A DNA stretch of 64,000 nt from Azolla caroliniana (Eukaryota > Plantae > Polypodiophyta), in assembly GCA_043228905.1 (NCBI GenBank), contig JBHGNT010000004.1, forward strand, positions 4,836,001 through 4,900,000, in the 5' to 3' direction. Under the pieces are notes generated by a model. That model was not told where the DNA came from, ran no database searches, and worked only from the letters and a program-made list of their open reading frames with translations. Shown here piece after piece: positions 11,321 through 26,500 of this stretch; position 1 is the stretch's first letter; every line of letters starts with the position of its first letter. Made by a program: the position numbers and the translations under genes.

Positions 11321-13255
11321 GTGTTGCCTATGATTGCCCGATTCTCCATATACATAACACAACACAAGGAGCATTAGTTTTTCATAATTTGTTTTGACAT
11401 ATAGATACCATCTTCTTGATGTGGGTTACACAAAAACTCATGTAGGATTAGTGTGTCATTATGAGGGCCTCAAAAAACGTTGTGGTTCAAAGTAGTTGTC
11501 ATGATTAAAACCATGAAAATAAACATCTTGAAATGAATGCAATATAGAAATGATCAAAATTTATGGGTTTCCATATTTATGGATGCCAATAAATCCACCC
11601 TTAAAGATATTTAAAGATAATATATGTATGTACATACGTATGACTCAACAAATAATTTGAAGTTAAAATAGCTCTAATTTTGTTGCTAGCTCAATCTAAT
11701 TTGGAGCTTCTTGATGTAGCCTTTGCTTTGAGGATCAATATGTGTAAATAAGTTCTCATGTCATAAGTTCTCATATCATGTACAAAGAGGAATTTGCACA
11801 AGCTTGTTAGGGGTGACAATTCCTTGTGATATGATTTGGCAAATTTTAGGATATCCATTCGATATGGATATTACAAATGCGAGCCTTACTGGATGTGTAT
11901 CCCGAAAAGGCAAGGACAAATTCATGTATTGGAAATCTCAAGCTTGATTGTTTTGTCTATGAATTAAAGTTGTTCAATCAGTAATGATTCCTATAGTGTC
12001 ATTATTCATAGTATTTGCCATTATTATGAAGCTATTGATAGGTTCCCAACCTCAATGTGTTTTCAATCATGGAGAAGGAAAATGTGGGATTTGCTTGGAT
12101 GACATGGGAACATGTTTGTACCCTAAAAAGGACTTGTCAGGGAGGGAATTTCAATATATATGAGCATACAATGGCATAGAGAGTCTCATTCCTTTGAGGT
12201 ATGTTTGAGCGAAGCCAAACATGGACAAAGTTGGTAGCTTATTTTCTTGAAATTGTTGGGCTCAAATTTGGAAAAAGTATGACCCCATGGTGGAATATGG
12301 TGAATAATGATCACGGTGTGATATGTTTTGGGTTAGCAATAACCAGTCATTTATTGGTGGCAAAGGGTGTTGGATTACGTACTGTGGCATCCTTAACTGA
12401 AGCAAGAGAACACAAATTCCTTGCAAAAGGAGATTTTCCGAACTTCAAGGGTATTAAGTTGGGGGAGTGAACTCTCATTCAAAATTCAATTTCATAAGAT
12501 GCCAACAGATGAATTGATTGCAATGCAATATGCTATGGCGACTACACCAATATAGAAAATGGTAAAGTCAAAAGACATGACATCTTATAACAAAATAATC
12601 CATAAACATGACTAGATAACAACGAGGCTTGTAAAGGAATGTGGAAATTTCATGTGGTGGTAGCATGTGTTGGAGATGGGGTGACATTCTTGTCTACCAT
12701 TTAGAGTTAAAGTTTCCATTTGATGGTTATGGTTGGGGGGGTTAACCATTGAAGATGCCCTTAGGAAGAAAAACATTGCTTCTAGATTATATTTCTTTTG
12801 CATGATGACATTAGAACGTACTACACATTGTTTTGTCGCTTGTCCAGTGTCTAGATCGACTTGGACATTTATATTTGCAATGTAAGTTTCCATTACAAGG
12901 GGTTTCAAAAATCGCTTTCCAATGGATCTTTCCAAAGCTTGAATTATTATTGGATATCCCACATTTCTAGATAGTGTTCGTGTAAAATTGATACTAGGGT
13001 TTTTGACATGTTTGGAGAATGCTGGATGGCTTTGTATTGAAGCACAAATAGGAGTCCAAAGATATATTAGGCAATTGAAAAGTATTTTGCTTTGGCAAAT
13101 TTTTATTTTGGAGAATTCAGGGTCATTGTCACACAAGAAGGGGCAATCATGTGTTTGCCACTTCACCAAATGGTCATCTTATAGTCTCATATGTGTACGT
13201 GAGGCCATATGGATCCTTATGGTCTCTTGGTCTTTGGTTATTGTCAATAATTAAG

Positions 13256-13257
<2 letters not shown>

Positions 13258-13300
<43 letters not shown>
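13258..13300. repeat. (GA)n microsatellite
   Basis: Directly visible. Confidence 0.95.
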
Positions 13301-13303
<3 letters not shown>

Positions 13304-13304
13304 A

Positions 13305-13450
13305 AATGGACGTACCTCAATTGGTAAGGTTGCCCAATGGAGGCCAAGTGGTCATGGGTTTAACCCACAGTGGCATCTAGTGAAATGAGATTTCGATGTA
13401 GTGTTTTCACAAATACAAATTAATATAATTGTGTGTTTCCACAAAAAAAA
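13305..13450 (+). mobile_element. tRNA-derived SINE-like element
   Basis: A-box-like TACCTCAATTGG (13313-13324), B-box-like GGTTTAACCC (13357-13366), short body and A-run ending at 13450. No TSD found. Confidence 0.5.
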
Positions 13451-16400
13451 GGATAAAAGAAATGAGAAACATAATTGCAATACCAATTAAATTGTCAAAA
13501 GCAGAATCAACGACTACCCACAAATGTATTCTACATTTACCTTAAGACACATCCACGTTCATCAGTGTCTACATTACAAATCATAATAGTGTATTGATGA
13601 CTATGGCCAAGCCTCGAGGAGTCTCTAGATGGATCCACAAATATATGTAGAGAAGACCCCCCATGTCCATAAGATTTAGACATATGCTCTAGCTATATAG
13701 GCCAGTACCCATGAGCAACAAGTGAGACCCTATGAAAAATTATGGATTCAAAAGATTTATGAATGATGGTTGGGGTGCCATTATCAAATACTCTTTGGAT
13801 GAATTGTTATGGTGAGTTGTATTGCATCAAAACCTTTTGATAATTGTGCCTTTTAATGGTATTTTTTTCATAGGATTATATTATAGTGTAGTCTCCACAA
13901 CCTAATGTCCAACATATGGTACAATATATCATATGAAGTAATGTAGGTCTAAATAGCCGCTTTGACTTGTAACCGTTGGTTTCCCTCCCTTTCTCTCTAT
14001 CTCCTAATGGTATCTTACACTCTTCCTTATTCTACACTCATTCATTGTCATACATATATATCCTATTCCATATTTTTTGTGTCTATTTGACAAAAATTAC
14101 TTCTAAAGAGAATTTGAGACTCAGGTTGACCACATGGGGGTTTTAATAGTTGCAATGCTATTGATTGTCTTGTTAGCACATAGCATGTCTTAACATGCCC
14201 ATGCATATGCATGTGTATATATGTACATGTACAAATACCTACATATGCACACATGGCTATGAGAATGTTTACCAAGGCCAATAGATTAAATGTAGACATA
14301 AACTTCAACAAGTAGATTATATTATATTTGTACCATTAAACCCATAAGATTTAGTAGTTCAATAAATGGTCGATTTCCTCATTGGGTCCATTGGTTATAT
14401 AAATTTAATGCAATTTTAACACAGTAGATGTGTGATATCAAACATTTTACAAATATTATGGCTTTGAAATGAGAACTTTGCCAAAAAGGGAAGAGAAGTG
14501 ATGTTTATTTTCTTAGTACTAATAAATTATTCCGAGGTAACGAGAGTGCCACAATTCATGCCAAATTAGATCATTATTAATTCTATGATGACTCATGTGT
14601 CTACATCGATGAAAGGAAAGAGCATATTTTCCAATGCATACAAATATATGCAATTAACCTATTATTGTATGTGATCTTCATGTTGTTTGTCGGCCCACTT
14701 TCTCAAAAGGCGCAATTATATATATATATATATATATACATATATGTATAAATTTACACATAACTTATTTTATGCTTCCAATCATGCATATCTGTATTTT
14801 AAATCTTAAAAAATTAAGACATTTTGCTTGATCACGCTTTCTTATCATATGTCTAATGTTCTCGATGCTTGTAGTTAATGAGAGTTTATTGATATCACCA
14901 CAAGTAATAATAAACGAATTTGATGTTATTTTATCACCATTATTAATATTACACCATGCAATATGACCAATGATTGCACATTGTCTTTTTCATCGTGCTA
15001 TGGTCCATCCACAGAATAATGTCACTTTGTATTTATTTAGAATAGGAACAAGCACTATGGACAATGGAACCCTAATATAGGAACCAATATATTATTGCGA
15101 ATTGTAACGGGATGATGACATGAATAGCAAGAATTGATGAAAATAATACTTCTATTGTTCCAATTGATAAACTAAACGAGAGTGTGTGTGTGTGAGTGTG
15201 TGTGCATGCGAGTAGACATGCGAGGTTAATACTCCAACATGTGTTTTCGTTGCACTTTGAGATACCAATATTTTTAATGTGAGGTGAGTTTAATGGAAAA
15301 CCAGAGCCATATCAAATATTTGATTTTCTGTATCTCGTTGGCAACGATAACGATGATTGACATGGATGTTTTACACTTCGAATAGATTTGTTATAAATAT
15401 ATGTCGATATTCTTTTAAGGTTGTCTTGAAAGTAAGGATTTCAATGTTTACATATATTCTTGAGATGACTAACACCTACATAAAATACATATTTAGTTGT
15501 ATCAAATGCACTTAGACTCGCACCAACATTGCATTTACAATAGAAAGGATCTTTCCTAATCGAATAAAACATAGGTTGGTTTTATATTAGATGTTGGATG
15601 ATTGGTGGGTCCTTGGAAACGTTTGATGCTAATACATGTAAAGACTTGCGTCTTGTAAGGGTTAAATTTTGGCTTCTGCTTTGGATAATGAATTATAGCA
15701 CGTTGGGAAGTCGGTGTGGCAATATTTCCAATGAAAATGATAAGGGTTCACTACCCAATAATAATGCACTCCATATTGTTTTTCTTATTGTTACACACTT
15801 CGTGTAAACTTGATCATTTTTAAATTCTTGTTGGCTGCTTGTAAACTTTGGGAAGGAAACTTCATATCGTTGAAAAGTCATCTTGGGCAAAGGACTTGAA
15901 GTCGTATTATAAAATGTTGATGACCACACATGTTGTCGAGTGAGAAATCAAAGGAAGCACAAATAACTACTTCTCGAAGGGGCACTTTTAACTTTTAAAA
16001 GTTGTGAATAAGTTGTATGTCCACGTTAGTTAGGCATAATCAAGCAAGGAAAAAGTTAAAGTATTCTAAGTTGGTGTCATATATGCTAAGACAAATAGGA
16101 AGTTTTATATTTTTCTTGACATGATATATGCTAAGACAAACATGGAGTTTTATGGCCTAACTCAATTATTTGACAACAAAGCTCGAATTCGTTACTTGTT
16201 TCACCAAATGACCATGCTTATTGTTATAATAGATGCTAAAACAATGTACTCAATGCTCATCGCTGAGAAAACGATGATTCCAAATTGTGTATGCTTAAAT
16301 TGTATGATTGCAAATTTTCAACTTATACTTCTTATCCTCTCGTAAGCTAATTCGCAAACTTCCCTAGCCCGAAACAATATAAATGGCAATGAGATTATTT

Positions 16401-18897
16401 GGCCATGCCAATACCTTAAAGGTTGGGAGTCTAAAAGTTAATGATGATGTTTTAAGAAGCATTGGAACTATATAACATGCTATAATGATATATTTGTACA
16501 AACTTTCTTTTTCTTATTGGAAAGGTAAAAGAAAGTGTCTACGAAGAATAGGGTTTGATCGTTTGTTACTATCAACAACGTAATTCAAATGAAAAAGGGT
16601 GTGAGCATCTCTTTAAATATTCACCTAAAGCGGAGATCCAATTTGTTTGATTCACAACATGTTTGCATGAAATAGACAAATCCCTACCCACATGAGATCA
16701 GATAATTGACCAATGTTTAACTTTTCTTCATAGAATGGAAACTTTGCTCGAAAGGTTTTTCTTCTTTAGATCTAACAAGTTTCGTAAATGTCCCTACTTC
16801 TTGCCACTCAATTAAGCAGTATAGCTTCAAGTGAAAATGAAATATGAAGGAGTTGGGCTTTTCTCAAAGGGGCACAATCATAGAGAACTTGGCACACAAG
16901 GAAAACTCTTTAAAACCATTATGGGCGAAATGCAGGACACACTAAGTTGAATGAACTCCAATCTATGCTTTAGGTTATTCTTGATTATGATGTAAAGGTT
17001 CGAAGTTTCTCCTTGAGACCATGTGTTTGCCGACACCGATTGTGTTTTCCCTTTCTCTTTTAAATTCATCAGTGTGCAAAAAAACATGGTGCCCTCATTC
17101 ACCATAAGCAGGTTGACATTTTGAATATATATATATATTGGAATTCTCTTTAAAGTGGACAAACTCCGAGAGAAATGTAGACATGTGGGTAAGTGTTTTG
17201 CCACCTATTATATATTGGACCCTTCCCCCCTCTCCTAATGCCCTATTACTAAAAGCAAGCTTGAGAGCGAGGAAAGAAAATACAAGGGTTTAACAAATAA
17301 ATAAATGAATGGCATTCGGTAACAAGGGGTTAACAAATTATAGACGCAAATTCAAGTCGGTGATCACAATAGAGTATCAACTCCAATTCCAAGTCAGATG
17401 AAAAGAAGACAACAATGAACGAGAGCAGACAAGCTCTGACTCTCTTAATAATGTGTGGGGCTTGCTTGCATGGGGTATTTTGAAGTGAAGACAACGAGAT
17501 GTATAGGGTGTTCTCATTATTGAGGAATAATGAGCTTAGCTTGGTTGTGTGTGTGTGTTTGTGTGCGTATTTGACTCTTTGAAGATGTAGAGCACAAAAG
17601 AAAAAGAGTAGTGAATTGAATGGGATCATCAATGAGCCCTCTTTCCCTCCCCCTCATGAAAAGGTGAAGGGAGGGAGACAAACTGAATAAAAATCCACAC
17701 ACAAAAAGTAAAGAAAGGAAAGAAAACAAAAATGAAACCAAGTGAAAGTCTGAAAGAGATACATTGCCACACACACAACACAAAATGGAGGAGGAAGTCA
17801 TGAAACAAACAAACAACAAATGATGGATGGAGGCATGGAAAAATGATGATGATGGGAGGTTGGGGACAAGAAAATTAAAACAGAAGACAAAATGAAAAGA
17901 GGGTAAGGAAGGGAAGATTTTGGGTAAGTTATACATATATGTATGTGTGTGTGTGTGTCAGTGACATAAAAATATAGGCTTATATATGTGTGTGTGTTTT
18001 GACGGTTTTTTCTTCTTCTTCTTTAGCCCCTTTTTTACTTGGAATTCTATTTGTGTGTGTTTGTATATAATAATATGTGTTTTGACAATGGGGTGGAGGG
18101 GGCCAACCTTTTTACATGCGTGCGTCCAAAGAAAAGCAAAACAAATTAATAAATTAACTCTATCAGAGAGGAAACAAGAGAGACAAAGAGACAAAGAGAG
18201 CAGAGGGATGTGTGTCGCTTTCACACACACGGTTTCTTGTCCCCCCCCACCCATACTGTATATTCATTCATACATAGCTTCCCATACCACACAAGACACA
18301 CATTATACATACCATATACCCATACACACAAAATAACACGTTTGTATGTATGTATGTATGTATGTATGTATGTATGGATGGATGTGTGTATTTATGCTTG
18401 TTTGTTTGGTGTATACTTACGCATACATACATCTATAGAGAGATATGGGTGATAAGTGTGCATCCTATGTCGACACATGCATAATAGCATAGCATGTATG
18501 TTTGGAATGAGAGGTGAGATGGGGTGAGAGGAAGAATAGGATTTGTTTTGGGTGATCATGGCCGACACACACACACATGGTGCTTTGGGTTTTGGAAGGA
18601 TTGGAATTCGTGAGCTTTCTTCTCCTTTAACATACATGTATGTACATGTACATTATATATATAATACTACAATCAATTACTTCTACTAATTTTAAGAGTG
18701 AAGATGAGAGAGAGAGAAAAGTACTCCCATGTACATTATAGTATATATATATTGTGTGTGTAGCAATGCAATGATGATTGCTCTCAAGAGATCCCAATCC
18801 TATCCCTTTCATCATTCCATCTCTTCCTCTTCATCAATCATCATACACCCCTCTCCCCCCAACAAAGAAAAAAAAAGCCCTTGTTTTATTACCGCTC

Positions 18898-18936
<39 letters not shown>

Positions 18937-19471
18937 ATGTTGTCACCACATTCCATTACACAGTAACACATGTATGTGACTCGTTTATGAGATCCTCTCT
19001 CGTCCCACCACGCGTGCACATTTGACCTCTCCTTTTCTTTTCCCCCAAGTTCCAACCATATACCAAGTACATGATAAATGTAGCAAACTCTTCACCCATA
19101 ATTAAAACTTCATAATTGGAAATTCGTTCTTTTGTGTTTTTATGTTTGTCTCAAACATCTCGTTCTACATAGATAAGCATTCTAAAAAATCTTTATGAGT
19201 TCAAATAAGGCCCAACATTATGGAATGTTGGATACATCTTAAAGTTGGGCTACACATATCGTCATGTGCATGCCCCGCTTCTACTCAAGAATCACAACGT
19301 TAAAAAACGTATGTCAAAGTGTTGTCAAATTGGCATTGTGTTCCTAGTGCCCAACAACAATCACACGTATGGGATAGACTATAATACAACTCAAATTTTG
19401 TTTATAAGACCTTTATCATCACCCAAAATCCTAACTTCATGGCAACATTGTATATATGTATGCATGCCTTG

Positions 19472-19914
19472 TAACAATCGGCAACGGTTCGGTTCAGTTC
19501 GAGAGGGTCAAAACCGAACCGTTTACAATTTTTGTAACCTAACCCGAACCAAGAACAGTTATAGCGAACCATTAAATTTTTTTCAAACTGTTACGCCATT
19601 AAACCAGTAAAACCGCGGTTTCGTGGTTCAGTTTCGGTTTACAGCTTAGATCAAAAATTCAAATTTTAATATTTTAATATTTTAATATTTTCATTATTTA
19701 AATTTTAAAAATTTTAAAATTTTAAAAAAATGTGAGAATAAGGCATGAAAATGAAAAGATTGTTTAATTATTTTATTTTTTTTAAACCAATTTTTGAAAA
19801 TAAATAATAACCATTTAAACTACGGTTTTTGACTATTGAAACCGAACTGAACCATTTAAACCATTAAACCGCAATTTCACGGTTCGGTTCAAACCAAACC
19901 ATTGCCTATTGTTA
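19472..19914. mobile_element. Non-autonomous hAT-type DNA transposon (MITE), 443 bp
   Basis: Imperfect TIRs TAACAATCGGCAACGGTTCGGTT / AACCAAACCATTGCCTATTGTTA. Exact 8-bp TSD ATGCCTTG (19464-19471 and 19915-19922). Many subterminal AACCG/CGGTT motifs and an AT-rich core. Confidence 0.88.
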
Positions 19915-22900
19915 ATGCCTTGGATACATTTTCGAAATATGCGTGAAAATAGGGAGTGAAAAGGTGTGTGGAAGAAGTTGTTGCCTCTTAAAAAGACATT
20001 ATATCTCAAGCAATTTCTCCTCTAGGATCTTGCTTGTTTATAATTTGTAACAATGGAGGACATCTACTCCCTTTCTAGGAAGTGTGAATGAGCATATGAA
20101 AAATCCTTCTTCATCTACTTTGGGTTTGTCTCCTTACAACAATTTCTTGCCAAAGCGTACCTAATGATCTACGACTATGATTTCCTAATTACCAATTTTA
20201 ATCTCGCTTGAATTTTTAACATAGATCCTTTAACATAGGTTAGATATTGGGCTCTATGGATGCCACTAACTATCCATAATGAAGAGACCTTTGGGCCATC
20301 AACTCTTGATTTGCAACAATTAGTTAAGTTTTCTCTTATGATTGCTTTATGTTCATCATGTCTCCCATAACATTCGTGGCCATGTTTATTGAATTTTTAT
20401 AATCTATATTGCAAATATTCTTCAAGGATTCTCACCTCACTTTGAGGTCACCCACTAGCAATGCAATGAATTGTTGAAAACAATGTGCGTATGTGAATAG
20501 GGCTGCCCATGCGCCAGTAAGGACATGTGATTGAAATTCATGGTTTCTTGTCCAAATTCTAGAGTAAAATTCGATCAAGGAAATACATTCCTACTTTTTG
20601 TGATCTTTATTATTCATCTTGATCATTGTCGCTACCCCCACAAAAGTGATTGTTTTTTATCCTTGGATTTTGAAATAGATCTAATGAACATTAGTTGAAT
20701 TAGTTGATTTTCTAGTGCTACCAATGCGCAAAAATTAAAATCACGTGCATGCTTTCCCACATGATATTTATGCTTTCTTAAAAGATTAAGCCATAAAACT
20801 AGAAAACAATAAACATGATTTATTTTTGGCATGTGTGGATATTGTATGGTCTTCATATGGTCTTCATAAGGTTCCGTGGTGTGCCTTCCTAAGCATTTTA
20901 GGTTGTCTACAATTTCCATACAAAGTATGTAATATTAAGTCAAGAAGGACAAGGATAGTTCATTGTTATGCTAAATCCAATCATCTTGTATGATGTTCCG
21001 ATAGGCTTCTAAAGGTTGTGAGTTGGAACTTATGTAGGATCTTCAAATACACAAGTTATCCACTAGTTTAGTTTGTCTCAATTACTACTCGTGGGCTTAA
21101 TCTTAACATAGCACCTTCAATTTTCAAAAGTACCAAAAAAAATACTACTTTAAAAGAAATCAAGTGTGCATTATCCAAACAATTTTATAGAGTCCAATCA
21201 TGCATACTATCAATAAAGGTAAGGAACTTCCTAGGCTCTACCATTTTTTGAAGAATCAACCCACGCTTTCCAACACTCTCTTTCTAGGCTTACATACGGA
21301 TACGTTTCTCCCATGGTGAATATTTTCATGCTTCTAATGTTTACACTTTCCCATTTACGGAATGCATAAGAACTTGATGGTTATGATATCGATGCAAGAA
21401 CATTGTCAAGATGAAGATAGTGTGATGCCTTGTTACCACCCACCATTCAATATATAGGCCATGTCTCTATTCTATTAGCTTTTATAATTATAGTGTGCCT
21501 TCGATCCTTGAATTTAATCTATACATTGACCCCCACGCATACACAACTAGCTATCAGGACAATCCTCTAGATCCATGTATATACATGGTTCATGTAGGTC
21601 TAATGGCGAACATAATGTGTGTCGCTTGACACTTTCAATGAACAAAAAGTAGTGACACTAAATAACAATGGGTATAAAAAGTTTAGAGATCTCGAATCCA
21701 AAAAATTATTAGGTCTAAACGACGACACTGCATTCTCTCTCCTCTCGAGAATGTTCTTGCATAAAGCCTCCATCCATATTTATATATAATATAATTGCTA
21801 AGCTTGTTTAAGTTATACATGTTTCACGTATTTGCTAGTACGGTACCAATATTTGTACCGAATAAAAATGTTAGGTTGTGTATGATGCAATGAATGACAA
21901 GTGGGCTTATATGTACAAAAAATGATAACAATCTGCATGATCAATGTAATTAAAAGATTTTGGAAAATGTGTTGAGGCCAAAGTTTTAGCTCTCTATCTC
22001 TATCTCTCTACATTGACTTTGAAAGATACCCTCAACAACATACATATGTCTCAATTCATTTATAAAGTTTAGGGGGAATTTACCATAGTATGCTTATATG
22101 TACAAGAACACAAAGAAGTTTGCTTGGTCAAAGTTGAATTCCGAATCACATGAAAATTAAGATAAACACACATAACTAAGGAAAATATCAAGCAATATAG
22201 GCATTTAGAGCATAGGCCTAATCAACATTAATTTACATGAGCTTAATTGCCCTGATAATATTGTTTGTTTTAGCTTATAGTCTAAGGTCCTATATTACTA
22301 AATAAGCATCTTATAAGAAGCAAAAAAAGTGTGTGAATTCATTGTCTTGACTCTCAACAATGTAAGACATGAATAGTATATGGGTCTAGTAAGTTGAATG
22401 TGTGAAAAAGTGTAAAGTTGTGTCCATATACATGTTGCCTCTTGAAATAACTTATGGAATTGCCACTTATGGTTATGAAGAATATACTCCTTCAAATCAC
22501 ACCATAAGTGTTGAATGACATTTCCAAAGCATTAGAAGGAGAGTAGAGAGAGACTTGTAGAACTTCATATTAGAGTAGATAGAATTAACATTAAGTAATT
22601 AGTCCGAAAGGCTATGTAACTAGTCTCATTTTCTTGAACTTGATCGGAGGGAGATTCCCCAATTTGTGTATAAGCCTCCTTGTATAGTCTCTTTGTAATA
22701 ATCCTTCCTAACTAACAGGAAAGTAGCTTCATTTTGGAAAGAAGAAGAAGAAGAAGTTAGGAATGATATATTGGAAAGAGAGTCTATGCATGCATGCATG
22801 TATGTATGTATGTATGTATAATGCAGCTCAATGAATTAAATAAAGAGAATCTATGAGATAGAGATATATATTTTATCTTTTTAACGTCCACGAAAGATTG

Positions 22901-23480
22901 ACGGTGATCTATGAAACATGGCCTCACCCATGGCAAGTATTGAACTTATGTTCTCCAAATTTTTATTATTTTCGATCCTACAATATAAACCACCAAGTTA
23001 GCATGCATTTCACCTTTAATTAGAACTCTTGTTTTAAATGCGTTGGAAGAGTATTTCTATCATCAACATATTTAAATATGATAGCTTCGAGCACAATTTC
23101 AAATTGTGCAACATTATTACTTCAAATTGACTAAATGTGCTTGCCTACAAGACAAGCTATGCATACAATAATGGATGCCACAAATGAGACAATCACAAAC
23201 AAACAAGACATGTGGAAGATAATGTGACACAAAATAATTAACTTAGAAAGTCCTATGCGAGGAAATGATAAAAGAAGTGACCTTGATATTCCTCTAATTG
23301 ATACTTTATAATGACATTAAATTTTCAGTGGAACCTTTGCTTGGAAGCAATATTAGAAGGAAAAGAGAAAGGCTAATATTTTGGTATAGTAAACCTAAAT
23401 TGAGAAAGAGGTGGGAAGCAAGAGGGAGAGCCCCAATTTGAGGACGTAGGCATTAGTTTAAAATTGTTTATGGGTGGAGG

Positions 23481-23508
23481 TTTAGGGTTTCGGGTTTAAG
23501 GTTTAGGA
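23481..23508 (+). repeat. Short degenerate interstitial plant-type telomeric repeat
   Basis: TTTAGGG TTTCGGG TTTAAGG TTTAGGA. Confidence 0.6.
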
Positions 23509-26500
23509 GCATGCACAAATGATAAGTGGCTAATGGGGGTCCGTCCTTATTCAAGAAGGGGTTAAAAGATAAGATACATTAGTGGTGGCATGCATATGGA
23601 CATGCAAACAAATTTCCCTCTGACATTGCATCAATTCTTCATTTAATATTTCCACCTACAAACATTGTTATGTGTGGTGAAATGGAAAAGTTCCCATTGA
23701 CCATCACTACTCTAATCATAAGCACTTAAAGGTAACTCAAAGGATCAAGGAAGTTGAAAGTCTTAGGAATGCCCAAGGGCCACGATTCAAACATAAGTTT
23801 TGTAGTGTGAGTTTTAACCTATTGTGGATTGTGCTTACAAATGTGATTTACTCAAAGGTGTAGACCCTCTTGGAAAAAGAGACCATTGCTTATAAAGGGA
23901 ATCCATCCTTCATGTCGTGGATTAGAACATGCCTTTTACAATGGAATTGCCCTTTTGTTTTTCATTGGCATGGATTTCCTAACTCAATGATTTATGATCC
24001 TTAATACTTATATCATTGGCATGGATTTCCTAGTACCTCAACAATTAGGATAATGATCCTTATAAACTTAAGCTTTCACATTGTTCACAAGGAAAACATG
24101 GAAATCATACAATGTCCGCATTCTTTGCTTTGTGAACCACATGAAACACATCGGGTAATCGCTAATTAAAACAAAAGTGGAAGATTGATTGAACGTTATT
24201 AGTGACAAGAAAGTACATTTTGTTTAAAATTCTAGATAAGCCAAGGCAATGGCTATACAAATATCTCACTATTAGAGGAAAGCCATAAGCTTAACGCTAC
24301 CAAATTCTAGTGTTTCATCAAGTGAAACTATAGTTAAATGCAACTTGCATAGTACGTAAAATTCATGTTCGTCTAGCATAACATTCGTTTTCCTACATTG
24401 GAAAACGAATGCGAATGTTATTCAAACATTCTTGTGTTTTTTTCCCATTTTTTTAATGTTTTTTTTTTCATTTTTAGGCTTATTTACCTCACAATAAATA
24501 GTTAATCCAAAAGTATGGTATTTATCATTCTTTGAGGGTGTTTTTCTTACGCGAATGTTTCAATCATTCGGGATGCGAATGCATGTATGGTACGTATGGT
24601 TCATATTATGCATGCAAGTATATGAATAACATCCAAAAGTGGTCCATGTCTACATAAGAAACTCTTAGGTCTTTTGGTGGTAAGATTGATTGGGTTGGAA
24701 GTCATAGGCGCTCCCTCTCATTTTTTCTAGTTGGCTATTTGGGTGTTGCACTTGTTTATACTATTCTTATCGGGAAGTTGGCTTCTTTATTTGAATACGT
24801 GGCTCTTTCTTGGGTAGGGGTACATTTTTAGGAATTAACACATGTTTCAACATTCCCTTGGTTGGAATGATCTCTTTCTTGAAAAAAAAGCAAGGAATCT
24901 AATGTCATGGACAAGTAGTGGATTCAATGTTATCCTTTTACAATAGATCTAACCGATTGAAAGTGTTAGAGCTCATGAATTGTCAAGGTGTTCTCGACAA
25001 TAATGTTGATAGCAACTTGCAAGGAAAGTAGAAAGTAAGCCTTGAAACGAAAAGACAATATCTTAATGATGAGAAATGAGTTAGTCATGAGAAATGGTCA
25101 CAACTCTACAAACAAACAATTTCTTTGGTGTTTGACGTAAAACATGGGTAAATGAATGGATTTCTAAAAGGAAGAACCTTTCAAAATGAGAACCCTTATG
25201 GAACATGAAAAAGATCATGAAAGATAGTTCTCTCACAAAGCATATTGTGAGTTCTTCTCAAGCACAATATGATTGTGAGTATGACAACATGTTTAGTGCT
25301 AACAACAAGAATCAAGGTAAGATCTTGACTTAAAGATTGTGCTTACTCTAGGACTACTCAAATGCATATGCTACACAAAAGTGATAGTACATAATGTTTT
25401 AGTTGTATGGGAAAAGACCTTGGAACGATATGGTGTCACAATAAGATTGTGAAGTCCAAACTAACCCCACTATTCTATAGCACAAAAGGTGGACACAACG
25501 AACTAGAACATGATTCGCGCATATAAGTTAAATGTCTAATTTGCATATGTTTTATGGTAAAAAAAGTTAAATGTCTAATCCTATTCACTGATTATTTAGT
25601 GATTTTAGAACATGTGTTTAAGGAAATTGAAAAAGGTTTCTGCTTCTATTTAATGTTGCATCGAAAAAGGTTTCTGTTTTTGGCTTTGATAAATATATTG
25701 AAGTATACATATGTGACACGTTCAATGTAGTAACTTTAGGAAATGTATTCTTCCTATTGTTTTGAAAAACTTAATTATAAATTTACTTATTGCACTTATT
25801 CTCTAACACAATTATGAATGACAAAATATATTTATTATGAACAAAATCGGATTACATCTTACACGATTTGAACATGCTTACATTGTTTTAAAAAATAGGG
25901 ATCCTAATTAGTTGCATATGTTTAGATTCAACATGCACTAATTATTTCTATTTACTTATACTACATTGCCTAATCTTGCAAGACATTCATTGATGACACA
26001 TTACTAGTTGGATTTGTAAGTAGTCGGTGGTCCTTGAAGAGGCAATCCATTGTTTTAAAAAACCTAGTTTGAAGAATCTTAATGTTATAAGGAAATAAGA
26101 TCGTGTTAATCACATTGCATGTCCCTATTGGCATCAATAGTATGTTTACCATTATTATTATTTTCCTCAACTATTCCTTTTCTCTATCTCTTTTCAATTA
26201 GTTTGTGAAGGTTCATTGATGTATCATGTGGCTATATTTGTAGAATAAAGGGAATGTGTTACATTATGTAGTATGTTGTTTGGTTTTTGGGGGTAATGAG
26301 TGAATCATGATGATTTTATTAACGATGGTGGGGGAAACAAGACTCATGGGACCAATGATCATTACATAGCACTCTCCCCGTTAGTATAGGTGGGGATTTT
26401 TAACTATTGTTTACTTTCCAATACTTTTAACTCCTCCACTTTACTTGTATTACTCACTCCAACCCATTTAGTTCGATATGATTTTTTCATAGTTGTGGAG

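Noticed and set aside
12612-13169. 185-aa minus-strand ORF
   Set aside because: Non-ATG start and no recognisable motif. Likely a chance ORF in decayed TE DNA.
17330-19025. Numerous short ORFs
   Set aside because: Translations of microsatellites (HTHT, SLSL, CVCV) with no domain signal. The same applies at 41762-43028 and 54330-55133.
24345-24620. Possible MITE with repeated CATTCG/CGAATG motifs
   Set aside because: Termini too degenerate and no TSD identifiable.
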